Part shown: positions 1 to 8,325 of the stretch, in pieces | Position numbering within the stretch: position 1 is the stretch's first letter | How the letters are laid out: every line of letters starts with the position of its first letter | Assembly (NCBI GenBank): GCA_963665325.3 | Contig: OZ224045.1 | Span: 2,336,001-2,400,000 of the forward strand | Direction of reading: 5' to 3' | DNA: 64,000 nucleotides | Origin: Alphaproteobacteria bacterium | Lineage (GTDB): Bacteria > Pseudomonadota > Alphaproteobacteria > Bin95 | The notes under the pieces: generated by a model | The model's input: the letters and a program-made list of their open reading frames with translations, nothing else | Databases searched by the model: none | What the model was told of the DNA's origin: nothing | Position numbers and translations under genes: made by a program

Positions 1-478
1 GCAGCCGGCGCAGCGGCGCCTCTTCGGGCGGCGCCGCCAGCTCGCCCCGTCTCGCCTGCCACTCCCGGGTCAGCGGGAAGGCTTCCAGCCACCAGCGCCG
101 CCAGCGCTTCAGCGTCGAGGCCGGAACCCCGCACCGCCGCGCGATCGTCTGCAACCGCGCGCCGCCGGCCACAGCCAGCGCACTCACCACAAGGAACAGC
201 GCCCCGACGTAAAAGCGCCTGCCGAAGAAACGCACCGACGGCGGCTTCACGCGGCGTCGGCACACCGAACAGCACAGGCTGAAGCGCCGAACGTCGTTCC
301 GAAGATTCGCCGCCAGACCGTGCGGCTTGCGCGGGTAGCTCGCGCTGTGAAGCGCGCCGCCGCAGCGCGGGCAACCCGCCGCCCGGCACGCCTCCGCCTC
401 GGCCGCGTCGACCTGCTTCAGAAAATCCCAAACCCGGGCGTTGGAGAGATTGGAGTGCCGGAACAGCTTGTGCGACAT
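1..478 (-). CDS. Partial transposon-associated Cys-rich (Zn-ribbon)/HTH protein; runs off the window
   Basis: Absent from the ORF track because there is no stop in the window. Hand translation from ATG 478: MSHKLFRH...CPRCGGALHSASYPRKP...RFSLCCSVCRRRVKPPSVRFFGRRFY...GVPASTLKRWRRWW. Resembles, from recall, the first ORF of three-gene elements that also carry a DDE integrase and an ExeA-like ATPase. Confidence 0.7.
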   Translation of the reverse strand, partial: MSHKLFRHSNLSNARVWDFLKQVDAAEAEACRAAGCPRCGGALHSASYPRKPHGLAANLRNDVRRFSLCCSVCRRRVKPPSVRFFGRRFYVGALFLVVSALAVAGGARLQTIARRCGVPASTLKRWRRWWLEAFPLTREWQARRGELAAPPEEAPLRRL

Positions 479-625
479 TGGGGCCGTCTCAGGTTGATGT
501 CACTGTCACCGAGACAAGCCCTCCGGCGGCCTTCTTGCAAGATCGCCGGGGGGCACCCAATCCAAAACCTCGATTAATCCGAGCCGATCAGCCCCTGATC
601 GCCGCTGAAAGCCTGCGCCCGCTCA
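1..625 (-). mobile_element. End of a transposon inserted into an autotransporter gene
   Basis: Minus strand begins TGAGCGGGCG at 625 (TG...CA-type end), with short GATC-rich repeats and hairpins at 541-608. Autotransporter-like coding sequence begins abruptly at ~627. Confidence 0.55.
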
Positions 626-626
626 C

Positions 627-1487
627 CTTGAGCTTGCGGCGACGTCGGATGCGATGGCGGTGCGCACGACCTCGGAGGAGGTGCGCGGCAGCCGCGGCAG
701 CCTTGCGGCCTCGGAGGCCGACGTGACGCGGTTGCGTGTGGGCCTGGAGGGTGCGTGGCGCGGTCCGGAAACGGAAGGCGGCGGCTCGTTCGTGCCGAGC
801 GTCGAGATCGGGATGCGCCATGACGGCGGCGATGCGGAGACGGGCTTCGGCGCGGACATCGGCGCGGGCCTTGCGTGGACGGACCCGGGTCTGGGGATCG
901 AGGCGCAGCTGAGCGCGCGGGGTCTTCTGACGCATGAGGACGGGGACTTCGGCGACCGCGGGTTTGCGGGTTCGCTGGCCTGGGACCCGGAGCCTTCGTC
1001 CGACCGGGGTCCGTCGCTGACGCTGAGCCAGACGGTGGGCGGGTCCGCGACGGGTGGTGTGGACGCGCTGCTGCGCCCCGATACCGTGCGTCTGTTCGAG
1101 GCGGCCAAAGACGACGACGATGAGCTTGACCGACGGCGTTTCGAGGCGCGGCTCGGCTACGGCTGGCCTTCGTTCGGCGGTCGCTACACGACGGTACCGG
1201 CGATCGGGTTCGGGCTGACGGAGGCAACCCGGGAATACATCCACTCCTGGCGCCTGGCGGAGGCGGGGAGCGCGGGTCTGAAGCTCGGGCTCGACGTGGA
1301 GGCGGTACGGCTGGAGCGCGTGACGGGTGATGCTGCGCCGGAGCACCGGCTGGTGCTGGGGCTCGGCTGGCGGCTCGAGGGCGTGCAGGCGGTTGCGTTC
1401 GAGACCCGTCTCGAGGCCTCGCGCCACGAAGCCGCCAACGAGAACGCCGAGCACCGCATCGGCCTCACCATGACCGCGCGATGGTAG
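627..1487 (+). pseudogene. C-terminal beta-barrel remnant of an autotransporter/outer-membrane protein, 5' truncated
   Basis: Amphipathic beta-strand pattern (VTRLRVGLEG, PSVEIGMRHDGGDAETGFGADIG) and terminal W. In-frame barrel-like sequence extends upstream of ATG 654 to ~627 (LELAATSDA). No signal peptide or passenger domain. Confidence 0.75.
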
Positions 1488-1492
1488 AGGGG

Positions 1493-1521
1493 GTGCGGGA
1501 ATTGTCCGCAACGTCCCGCAC
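1493..1521 (+). terminator. Hairpin after the autotransporter stop (no U-tract)
   Basis: GTGCGGGA (1493-1500) / TCCCGCAC (1514-1521) inverted repeat. Confidence 0.3.
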
Positions 1522-1554
1522 TGTCGTGTGCGCCATGCCAGGGGGAGGATCCCG

Positions 1555-2301
1555 ATGAGGTTTGCGATAGCGTTTGCGCTCGCCGCCGCGATGGCGTGCG
1601 CGGTGGCCGCCGATGCCGGGGCGCAGACGGCGGAGCCGTCGGCCGGTGTGAAGGAGGCGGTGCGGGAGATCGTGCGCGAGTATCTGCTGGAGCACCCGGA
1701 GGTGATCGAGCAGGCGATGATCGCGCTCAACGCGAAGCGGCGGGAGGAGAAGCGTGCGCGCGAGCGGGCCGCGCTCGCGGACAACCGCGCGGCCCTGACG
1801 GAGCACCCGCTGTCGCCGGTCTCGGGGAACCCCGACGGCGGGGTCACGCTGGTCGAGTTCTTCGATTATCAGTGCGGCTACTGCAAGCGTTCGCTCGGGC
1901 CGGTGATGGATCTGCTCGAGAGCGAAGGCGGGCTTCGCATCGTGTGGAAGGAGCTGCCGGTGCTCGGGCCCGTGTCGCGGTATGCCGCGCGCGCCGCGAT
2001 GGCGGCGCACCGGCAGGGGCTGTATCTCGAATACCACACCGCCATGATGGGCGCCGCGGGCAAGCTGAGCGAAGAGCGGGCGATGGAGATCGCCGGGCAA
2101 GTCGGGCTCGATGTCGAGCGCCTTCGCCGGGACATGGCCGACCCGGCGATCGAGGCCTATCTCGACGAGACGCACCGCCTTGCCCGGGATCTCGGGATCG
2201 ACGGGACGCCGGCGTTCGTGATCGGCGAGGTGCTGGTGCCGGGGGCGGTGGGCAGCGCGCGGCTGAAGGAGCTTATCGCCGAGGCCGCGAACGCCGGCTG
2301 A
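1555..2301 (+). CDS. DsbA family (Com1/ScsC-like) thiol-disulfide oxidoreductase
   Basis: Signal peptide, VREYLLEHPEVI helix, EFFDYQCGYC active site, GTPAF cis-Pro loop. GGAGG RBS before ATG 1555. Confidence 0.9.
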   Translation: MRFAIAFALAAAMACAVAADAGAQTAEPSAGVKEAVREIVREYLLEHPEVIEQAMIALNAKRREEKRARERAALADNRAALTEHPLSPVSGNPDGGVTLVEFFDYQCGYCKRSLGPVMDLLESEGGLRIVWKELPVLGPVSRYAARAAMAAHRQGLYLEYHTAMMGAAGKLSEERAMEIAGQVGLDVERLRRDMADPAIEAYLDETHRLARDLGIDGTPAFVIGEVLVPGAVGSARLKELIAEAANAG

Positions 2302-2304
2302 GCG

Positions 2305-2367
2305 ATGGGACGCCGGAAGATCGCGCCGGACACGGCCTTGCGCCTGGAGCGCGCGCCGGGGTTGCCG
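2305..2367 (+). pseudogene. Short fragment of a HigA-type antitoxin HTH
   Basis: Translates GRRKIAPDTALRLERAPGLP, matching the HigA motif GKRxITPETALRLxxxLG. Only ~20 codons. Confidence 0.45.
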
Positions 2368-2384
2368 ATTGTCATGACAATCGG
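2365..2384. repeat. Perfect 20-bp palindrome CCGATTGTCATGACAATCGG
   Basis: Read directly; identical to its own reverse complement. Confidence 0.9.
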
Positions 2385-2693
2385 GTTGGCACAGGTTTCG
2401 TTCTCGAAAACACGGTCGGCCGATGACGGTCGCGTTCGGCGGGGGCAAGGGAGTTGTCGATATCGAGGAGCTTGCGGGTGAGGCGGTCGATACGGTCGCG
2501 AAGTTCTTTTGCGCAGAGATCGGGCGGAGCTTGTTCTGCTCGACCGGTCGGGGGCAGCGGAAGGGGCCCGTGCGTGGACGGATATGCGCGGGAAGGGAGG
2601 AGCGGCACGGTCTTCGCGTTGACGGCCGGGGAGGGTCGGACCGAAATTGCCGTTTGGATTGTCCGGGCGATGACGGCCGGGGTTGGAACGGGT

Positions 2694-2918
2694 TCAGCGG
2701 ATGGAGACGAAGTCGTCTGTGCTGAGTCCGACCTGGCGGACGATCTGGTGAAGGAGATAGGGAGGCAGATCGCCGGAGCCGTGAACGGGAACGGTGGTGG
2801 CGCGGCCGTCGGGGTGACGGAACCGCTTGTGGGAGCCGCGCTAGCGAACCTCGCGGAAGCCGAGCGCGGTGAGGATCGCGATGACCTCGCTAGGCCCCAG
2901 CGTCGGGGTGCTGGCCAT
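2694..2918 (-). pseudogene. hicA: HicA mRNA-interferase toxin with an in-frame TAG at codon 26
   Basis: MASTPTLGPSEVIAILTALGFREVR*RGSHKRFRHPDGRATTVPVHGSGDLPPYLLHQIVRQVGLSTDDFVSIR*. GSH catalytic motif and TVPVH present; stop at 2841-2843. Confidence 0.85.
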
Positions 2919-2923
2919 GGCGG

Positions 2924-3130
2924 TCAGACGTGGACGGTGTGGGTACCGACGAATTCGGTTTGCGGTTCGCTGTCCTCGTCCTTGAGGATGAGCGTGATGA
3001 CCTCGATCAGGTGGTCGTGGAGCTGGTCGAGGGTGTCGGCGTGGGTATGGGCGCCGGGGAGCGCGGGGACATGGCCGACATATTGCCCGGTGACGGCGCA
3101 CCGTTCGATGATGGCGGTGAAAGTGCGCAT
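2924..3130 (-). CDS. hicB: HicB family antitoxin (short, no DNA-binding domain)
   Basis: MRTFTAIIERCAVTGQYVGHVPALPGAHTHADTLDQLHDHLIEVITLIL; 68 aa, directly upstream of hicA. Confidence 0.85.
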   Translation of the reverse strand: MRTFTAIIERCAVTGQYVGHVPALPGAHTHADTLDQLHDHLIEVITLILKDEDSEPQTEFVGTHTVHV

Positions 3131-3209
3131 GCGGCGCGTTCCTTTCGTTGCAGGGTCGAGTGTACGAGTTGCTCGAATTCGCGCAAGGGTATCGGGTGAG
3201 CGGGCAAGC

Positions 3210-3375
3210 GTGGACGGGCCGGAGGCCGCGGAGAAGCTGGAGGCGAGGATTGCGGAGTTGGAGGCAATGAGGGCCAGCGCTGCGGCGATGTACGAGGAAG
3301 AGACCGGGGAGGTGTGGGCGGCCGGGTGAGTCCCATGTGTCGGCGGACCGTTTGAAGGCAGCGCTTCCAACCGCG
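3210..3375 (+). pseudogene. Possible degraded fragment of a plasmid/ICE leading-region gene (DUF2493/SLOG-like N-terminal part)
   Basis: LEAMRASAAAMYEEETGEVW, then frameshifted GESHVSADRLKAA. Loosely resembles, from recall, MRDAAAxLYExxTGSAWRPxxGSxVxxxxLTAA. Confidence 0.25.
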
Positions 3376-3501
3376 CAATCGATGTGGTTTCCGGGGCGGG
3401 ACCTGTCAACGGACGAATGCTCGGGCCGGTTACTGGATGTTGGACAGCGTCGCCGGGCCAGGTTTATGAAATACTTCGCAGGTACTCGGGAGAAAACGGT
3501 G

Positions 3502-3780
3502 ATGGCGTCAAGGCGGGATCTGGTGATTCGAGTGCGGGAGAAGCTCGATATTACGAACGTGGCGGCTCAGCGGGTCGTGACCGCAGTGGTCGAAGCGCAG
3601 ACGGAACTGCTGGTGGAACGGGAGAGATTACAGGTCAGGGGATTGGGATCGTTCCAGGTGATCGATCATCCCGAAAGACGGGCCCAAAATCCGCATACGC
3701 GTGAGCCGGTCGTGGTCCCGGCCGGCAAGCGGGTGAAGTTCAACGCCTCGAACTCTTTGAGACGTGCGCTCTCCCCATAG
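3502..3780 (+). CDS. HU/IHF family DNA-binding protein (divergent, element-borne)
   Basis: 92 aa; LQVRGLGSFQV...RRAQNPHTREPVVVPAGKRVKFNAS signature. Confidence 0.9.
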   Translation: MASRRDLVIRVREKLDITNVAAQRVVTAVVEAQTELLVERERLQVRGLGSFQVIDHPERRAQNPHTREPVVVPAGKRVKFNASNSLRRALSP

Positions 3781-4027
3781 GGATCGGGAGGGGCTCGGGC
3801 CGGGAGGTCGGCTGCAAGGAACTTTTCGTCGATTCGAGGAGCGCCAGGACGTTCGGGCGTATACGCATTTTCGGCTTGCCCGGTTCGTCGCCCGCGGAAA
3901 GCTCTATGGCATCCAGCAGCCGGGATAGCTGGTGGGCGGCCCTGAGCCGTGCGTAGGGGTGAGAGCTTTCCGTTTCTTCGCGGAGCTCGGTCGCCTTCGC
4001 CAGCAGGGCGGGTTTGAGGTCTTCGGA

Positions 4028-4351
4028 TTGCTCGCAGTGTTCTGCATCCTGAGCTGGCGCGTGTTCTGGTTGACGATGCTCAATCGGACCGAGCCAGACC
4101 TCGAACCGGCTCTCGTGCTGACTGAAATCGAAATCGAGGTGTTCGATCACCTGATCCCGGATCCTGCCGCCGATCCTTCGCCGGCCAGGACGCTCTCGCT
4201 CTATCTCATCAAGATCGCCAAGCTCGGCGGCTATCTCGCCCGGGCCAAGAATCCGCCCCCAGGCAACATCGTCATGTGGCGAGGTCTCTCCCGGTTGAAC
4301 GACATCGCACTTGGTGCCGCCTTGCAAATCAATAATGCAGGTAACTGAAAG
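4028..4351 (+). mobile_element. IS4 family (IS50/Tn5-like) transposase C-terminal remnant with right end
   Basis: LAVFCILSWRVFWLTMLNR...IAKLGGYLARAKNPPPGNIVMWRGL dimerisation domain; ends GGTAACTGAAAG. Confidence 0.85.
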
Positions 4352-4368
4352 CCTCGCCGGATGCATAC

Positions 4369-4430
4369 CCAGCGCTTGAGCATATAGTCCATGGCCTTGG
4401 CGACGGGGGAATGGCGCGACAGCCCGGCGC
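4369..4430 (-). mobile_element. IS66 family transposase (TnpC) micro-fragment
   Basis: AGLSRHSPVAKAMDYMLKRW motif. Confidence 0.7.
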
Positions 4431-4560
4431 TTGGAAGCTGAGCGCGGTCGAGGAGGGCGAGGCGGGGAGCCGTCAAAGCGGCGAGTGCGGTAAATGGGGG
4501 AAGCGAATTCGGCCGGGACGGAGGAGGTCGACCGCGAGAGGCGAACAGGTGTGGACAGGA

Positions 4561-5568
4561 TCAGTCGCTGTTGTTCTGGTCTATCCAGGAAAGGAACTGA
4601 TCTTGTTCGTCAGCCGATGCATTCGACCAAAGGCGTTTCATGCGATCGAGTTTGGTGGGGGGCGCGGCGCCGGGGTCTGAATTGAGGACGGTGGATAGCC
4701 TTTGCGGGGGCGTGTCGCTTTCACGGATGCTTGCTAGAACCTGACGTTGATCGGCTTCAGGCATACCGGAGAGACGGTATAGGTCTCCCTCGCGCTGCGC
4801 GATCGGGGTGTCCGCGAGCGCGTCCTGCAGTTCGGGCAGGATATTCGCGGCGATACGGACGGCGCGTTGTATGGTGCGGGCAGACCAGGGTGTGGAATGC
4901 GTGGTGTCGTCGACGAAGCTGGGCGAGCGCGACTGGTCGTGGAGATCATGTCGCAATGTTTGCGGGTTGGTTTCGGCGGCGGCGTCAGGACCAAGTCGCA
5001 ATGTTTGCGGGTTGGTGCTGTCGAGATATGCTTGGCTTCGACGATCGCCGCCGTGGCGGGTGTCGGGATGAATCCTCTCGTAGAGTTCCTTTCGGCGTTC
5101 GAGAGACCGGGCGCGATCCAACGCTGTCAACTCGGCGCGCATCAGATTCTCGTCGAGTTCGATCAGGCGGATTTCGTCTGGGGTGAATTCGTCGAGGACA
5201 AGGGCTTCGATCCGGGGCCATTTGAGCTCGCGGGCGGCAGCCAGCCGGTGGGCTCCGGCGACCAGCGCGAAGCCCCCGAGGTCGGGGCCGTCATAGACGC
5301 CGGATTCAGGGTTGAGCTCGCGATTGTGGCGGACGAGTACAGGCGACTGGAGACCGCTGGCCTTCATCGATAGGACGAGCTGTTTTACGGTCGTTTCGTC
5401 GATCGAACGAAAGCGGTCGATGATTGCAATATCTTCTACTTCGATGGGATAGGTTTGGCGCTGATATGAGAGGTCTTCGGATGGCGAAGGGGTAGCGCTG
5501 GCGTTTGAGACGGCGCGGCCGCGGGATTGGCGGACGGCGCCGGTGAGTGAGGAAGGCTTGTTGTTCAT
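4561..5568 (-). CDS. parB: ParB/Spo0J N-terminal domain protein
   Basis: GLQSPVLVR, LVAGAHRLAA, ELDENLMRAEL, HGGDRRS and a likely HTH (WSARTIQRAVRI). AGGAG RBS; downstream of parA. Confidence 0.8.
   Translation of the reverse strand: MNNKPSSLTGAVRQSRGRAVSNASATPSPSEDLSYQRQTYPIEVEDIAIIDRFRSIDETTVKQLVLSMKASGLQSPVLVRHNRELNPESGVYDGPDLGGFALVAGAHRLAAARELKWPRIEALVLDEFTPDEIRLIELDENLMRAELTALDRARSLERRKELYERIHPDTRHGGDRRSQAYLDSTNPQTLRLGPDAAAETNPQTLRHDLHDQSRSPSFVDDTTHSTPWSARTIQRAVRIAANILPELQDALADTPIAQREGDLYRLSGMPEADQRQVLASIRESDTPPQRLSTVLNSDPGAAPPTKLDRMKRLWSNASADEQDQFLSWIDQNNSD
4950..5016. repeat. Two exact 22-bp direct repeats inside parB, each with a CGCAA-N3-TTGCG palindrome
   Basis: GTCGCAATGTTTGCGGGTTGGT at 4950-4971 and 4995-5016; encodes TNPQTLR twice. 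Confidence 0.9.
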
Positions 5569-5580
5569 GCTTAGTTCTCC

Positions 5581-6243
5581 TCAGGCTGCGCTGGGTCGGG
5601 CCGGGGTAACGTATGGGTCTGGCAAGGAGATGATGGCGGCCTCCAGCGCGTGGACCTCCGCCGCGGCCTTGCCGTGAGGGTCGAACTCGGTGACTGCTCG
5701 ACCGGAATTGATGGAACGGGTAAATGCGGACCGTTGGGCGATTGACACCGGCGCGACCGGAAGGCCTTCGGCGGCGATGATTTCCCGGGCTTCTAGCGGA
5801 AGCTTTCGCGCGGTGGGAGGGACCGCGTTGAGCACGACGAGTGGTGTCGTGTTTGTGAGCTTGGCGATGTCGGCGCTTGCGCGTATGGCGACAATGTCGA
5901 ACATGGCCGGACGGCACGGGATGAGCACAAGGTCGGCGAGGCGGGCCGCCACAAGGGCGCCGCCGTCAGCGTGGGCGGCCGTGTCAATGATGACCAGAGT
6001 TGCGTGCCTGCGCTGGGCGCGTTCGATTTCCTGAGGCAGACGCACCGGGGGAGAGGATCGGACCTCGGGGTCGGCGTTTGCCCGTAAGTCTCCCCAGATT
6101 GTTGCGGAAGCCTGGGGGTCGGTATCAAGCAGGATCGTCTTGCGACCTGCGGCCGCGGCAGCAACCGAGAGGTTGACGGCGAGGGTAGTCTTTCCGGCGC
6201 CGCCTTTCTGACTGACAATGGCGATGATGTTGATTTCGTTCAT
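5581..6243 (-). CDS. parA: ParA family partition ATPase (short, type Ib/ParF-like)
   Basis: Deviant Walker A KGGAGKTT, DTDPQAS, IIDT. 220 aa with no N-terminal HTH; ATGA overlap with the repC stop. Confidence 0.9.
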   Translation of the reverse strand: MNEINIIAIVSQKGGAGKTTLAVNLSVAAAAAGRKTILLDTDPQASATIWGDLRANADPEVRSSPPVRLPQEIERAQRRHATLVIIDTAAHADGGALVAARLADLVLIPCRPAMFDIVAIRASADIAKLTNTTPLVVLNAVPPTARKLPLEAREIIAAEGLPVAPVSIAQRSAFTRSINSGRAVTEFDPHGKAAAEVHALEAAIISLPDPYVTPARPSAA

Positions 6244-8252
6244 TGGGTAACTCCGGAGACGGGCGGGTTGCTGGAAGGGCGAGCGGCGTGCTTACCGTTT
6301 GCAGCCACGGTGTTGTCGGGTGCGCCGGGTCGGCGCGCGGGGTGGGCGTCGGATGGAATGGTAGAGGGGTCGAGGGCGATCCCCAGGGCCTCCAGCATGG
6401 CGGACGCTGCACGCTCCAGATTGAGAGCATGCTTGCTGGTGCTGGAGATGATTTCGGCGAAGAACTGGCTTGGAGCTTTGCGACAGAGGCCGTGCGAAGC
6501 GCCGGCCGTCACGATGAGCAAGGCGGAAGTTGCCGCGGGTTCTCCAACGGTTGCGCAGGCAGAATGCCATGCGGTGCTTAGAGATGGTTGGCCATTACCG
6601 TGGAAGCCCGCTGTGGACGATAGAATTTGGCGGACGGCGGCCGCGACCTGCGATGGGTCGAGAGGTCTGGGAAAAGGCAGGCTGACTGAATCCGCATAAT
6701 CACCGGAAAGCGTGAGCAGGGCATATTGTTGCTCCAGCGACGGTAGATCGGGGCGAAGACCGGGTTCGGTTCGTCGGGAAGTGGGAGGGCTGGCTTTACG
6801 GGGCGGAGCGATATGCAGAGGTGTGTCGGACTGTGCTGTGGGTAGAAGGGCGTCCCCGTCTTGGCGTTCGCATATGTCGGGGGAGGCCCGGTCGACAACT
6901 CCCCAGAGGGATCTGGCGAGGTTGAGTTGGCCGAGACGGGCCTTGTCGATCATGCCTCGGAGGTAGCCGCCGGGAGATCGGATTTCGCTGGCGTCGAGGC
7001 GCGACGCGATGATGATTATCGCGAGGGCGGCGCCGTCGCGGGTCAGGGCATTGCAGGCTTCGCGCCAGGCGTCGGGGGATATTCCCATGGTGCTTCGGGC
7101 GCGGTTTGCGGCTTCCAGAAGGTCGCTGTTCCCGGGAGGACGGGTTATCGGCAGATGGCAGGCAATGCGAGGGCTCAGGCTATCCAGGACAAGCCATTTG
7201 GGCGGCGCTTGCGGTGAGGAAGACGAGGCGGGGTCGGGGTGACTACATATCCCGCTTTCCGGGGTTGGGCGGGCGGCGGATTCCGGGTCCAGTCGGGGTG
7301 TTTCGGAAAGAGTCGCCGCTACAACATTGTTGATTCGGGAGTGATTTGTATTTGTAATTGACCCTTCCCCGCTTAGGGGGGTGGGTACCCTTCCGAATTC
7401 GTTGTCGGACGCATCCTGACGATGCGGGGAGACGGGGTTGTCGTCAGGTCGCTGGTCGCATTCGGATGTGAATAACGCGTCTACATTTCTCTGGATGCGC
7501 TCGGCAATGGGTTCGAGGGCCTGGAGGGTTTGCAGGTCGGCCTTGTTCAGGCGGGAGCCGGACGGAAGCGCTGTAACGTCGTCGAGCAGCGAGCTGACGA
7601 TAGGGTGAACGATGCGGTCGTTTGACGTTAGCGCGTGGATGCGGTTGAGGGTCAGGCGGCGGATCGCCGAGATACGGTGGCGGAGGCGGATTCTCTCGTT
7701 ACGGAGTTCTTGTATCTGCTTGGCCGCGTTCTCGATGGTCGGGAGGAGGGCTGCCAGGGGTGAGAGGTCGACACCGTAGGAATGGATCAGGCGGCCGGTA
7801 GCCTTGTCGCGCTTGTAGAAGCGTCGGCAGCTTGCGCTGTCGTGCCAATAAATGAGGCCATGACAAGCCAACTCATACTCGATGCGGTCGAGACATTTTG
7901 GGGAGATGGAGAGGTCGTTGCAGGCGCACCACTTGGGGAGGCCCGCGACCGGGCGGGACCCGGGTTGCCAGTCGGGCTTGCGGGTTTGGTCAAAGTGCCA
8001 TTGCAGGACCTTGAGTTGATCTCCGGTCAGGCCGAAGTGTTCGGCTATCGGAGGACGCTTGAGCAAGCGCAGCGACGCCCGGAAATCGAAATCGTCAGGC
8101 ATGCCGGCCCAGGCGTGAGCCGCTAAACGGGCCGCCTCGTGCTCGGGCTTTGGAATCCTTCCCCCTGTCGGGTTCGGGCTGGAGCGGGGTCCGGTCGAGG
8201 ATGCCGGATTGATGGTTCTGTTGTGCTGCATGAGTTTTGGCGCCTGGCGCAT
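6240..8252 (-). CDS. repC: RepC-type plasmid replication initiator, extended (670 aa)
   Basis: N-domain: DW..GSRPV, GLIYWHDSASCRRF, YGVDLSPL. C-domain: MGISPDAWREAC...IRSPGGYLRGMIDKARLGQLNL. A second degenerate C-domain follows (LSTAWHSAC...APSQFFAEIIS...LNLER). Confidence 0.85.
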   Translation of the reverse strand: MRQAPKLMQHNRTINPASSTGPRSSPNPTGGRIPKPEHEAARLAAHAWAGMPDDFDFRASLRLLKRPPIAEHFGLTGDQLKVLQWHFDQTRKPDWQPGSRPVAGLPKWCACNDLSISPKCLDRIEYELACHGLIYWHDSASCRRFYKRDKATGRLIHSYGVDLSPLAALLPTIENAAKQIQELRNERIRLRHRISAIRRLTLNRIHALTSNDRIVHPIVSSLLDDVTALPSGSRLNKADLQTLQALEPIAERIQRNVDALFTSECDQRPDDNPVSPHRQDASDNEFGRVPTPLSGEGSITNTNHSRINNVVAATLSETPRLDPESAARPTPESGICSHPDPASSSSPQAPPKWLVLDSLSPRIACHLPITRPPGNSDLLEAANRARSTMGISPDAWREACNALTRDGAALAIIIIASRLDASEIRSPGGYLRGMIDKARLGQLNLARSLWGVVDRASPDICERQDGDALLPTAQSDTPLHIAPPRKASPPTSRRTEPGLRPDLPSLEQQYALLTLSGDYADSVSLPFPRPLDPSQVAAAVRQILSSTAGFHGNGQPSLSTAWHSACATVGEPAATSALLIVTAGASHGLCRKAPSQFFAEIISSTSKHALNLERAASAMLEALGIALDPSTIPSDAHPARRPGAPDNTVAANGKHAARPSSNPPVSGVTQ
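7279..7362. other. Putative intragenic replication origin (oriV) in repC
   Basis: AT-rich run ACAACATTGTTGATTC...GATTTGTATTTGTAATTG, with three GANTC sites (7279, 7310, 7332) in the inter-domain linker. Confidence 0.45.
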
Positions 8253-8291
8253 TCATGCTCGATCACAGCTCCCATTTTTTTTCAAACTGGC

Positions 8292-8321
8292 TTGACTAAG
8301 GCCAAGCAAGTCCGTTACCTT
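8292..8321 (+). promoter_or_regulatory. sigma70-like promoter antisense to the repC leader
   Basis: TTGACT at 8292-8297, then 17-18 bp, then TTACCT/TACCTT. Same position as ctRNA promoters upstream of repC. Confidence 0.55.
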
Positions 8322-8325
8322 CCGC

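Noticed and set aside
2841-2843. Programmed amber recoding (pyrrolysine) in hicA
   Set aside because: No pyl genes are present and TAG is a normal stop elsewhere in the window (e.g. serS, pccB); a point mutation is simpler.
3740-4366. 208-aa minus-strand ORF
   Set aside because: Half is antisense to the IS4 remnant and the rest has no recognisable motif; probably a chimeric junction ORF.
4950-5016. Repeat-spacer-repeat resembling CRISPR
   Set aside because: Two 22-bp copies, in frame inside parB; no array and no cas genes.
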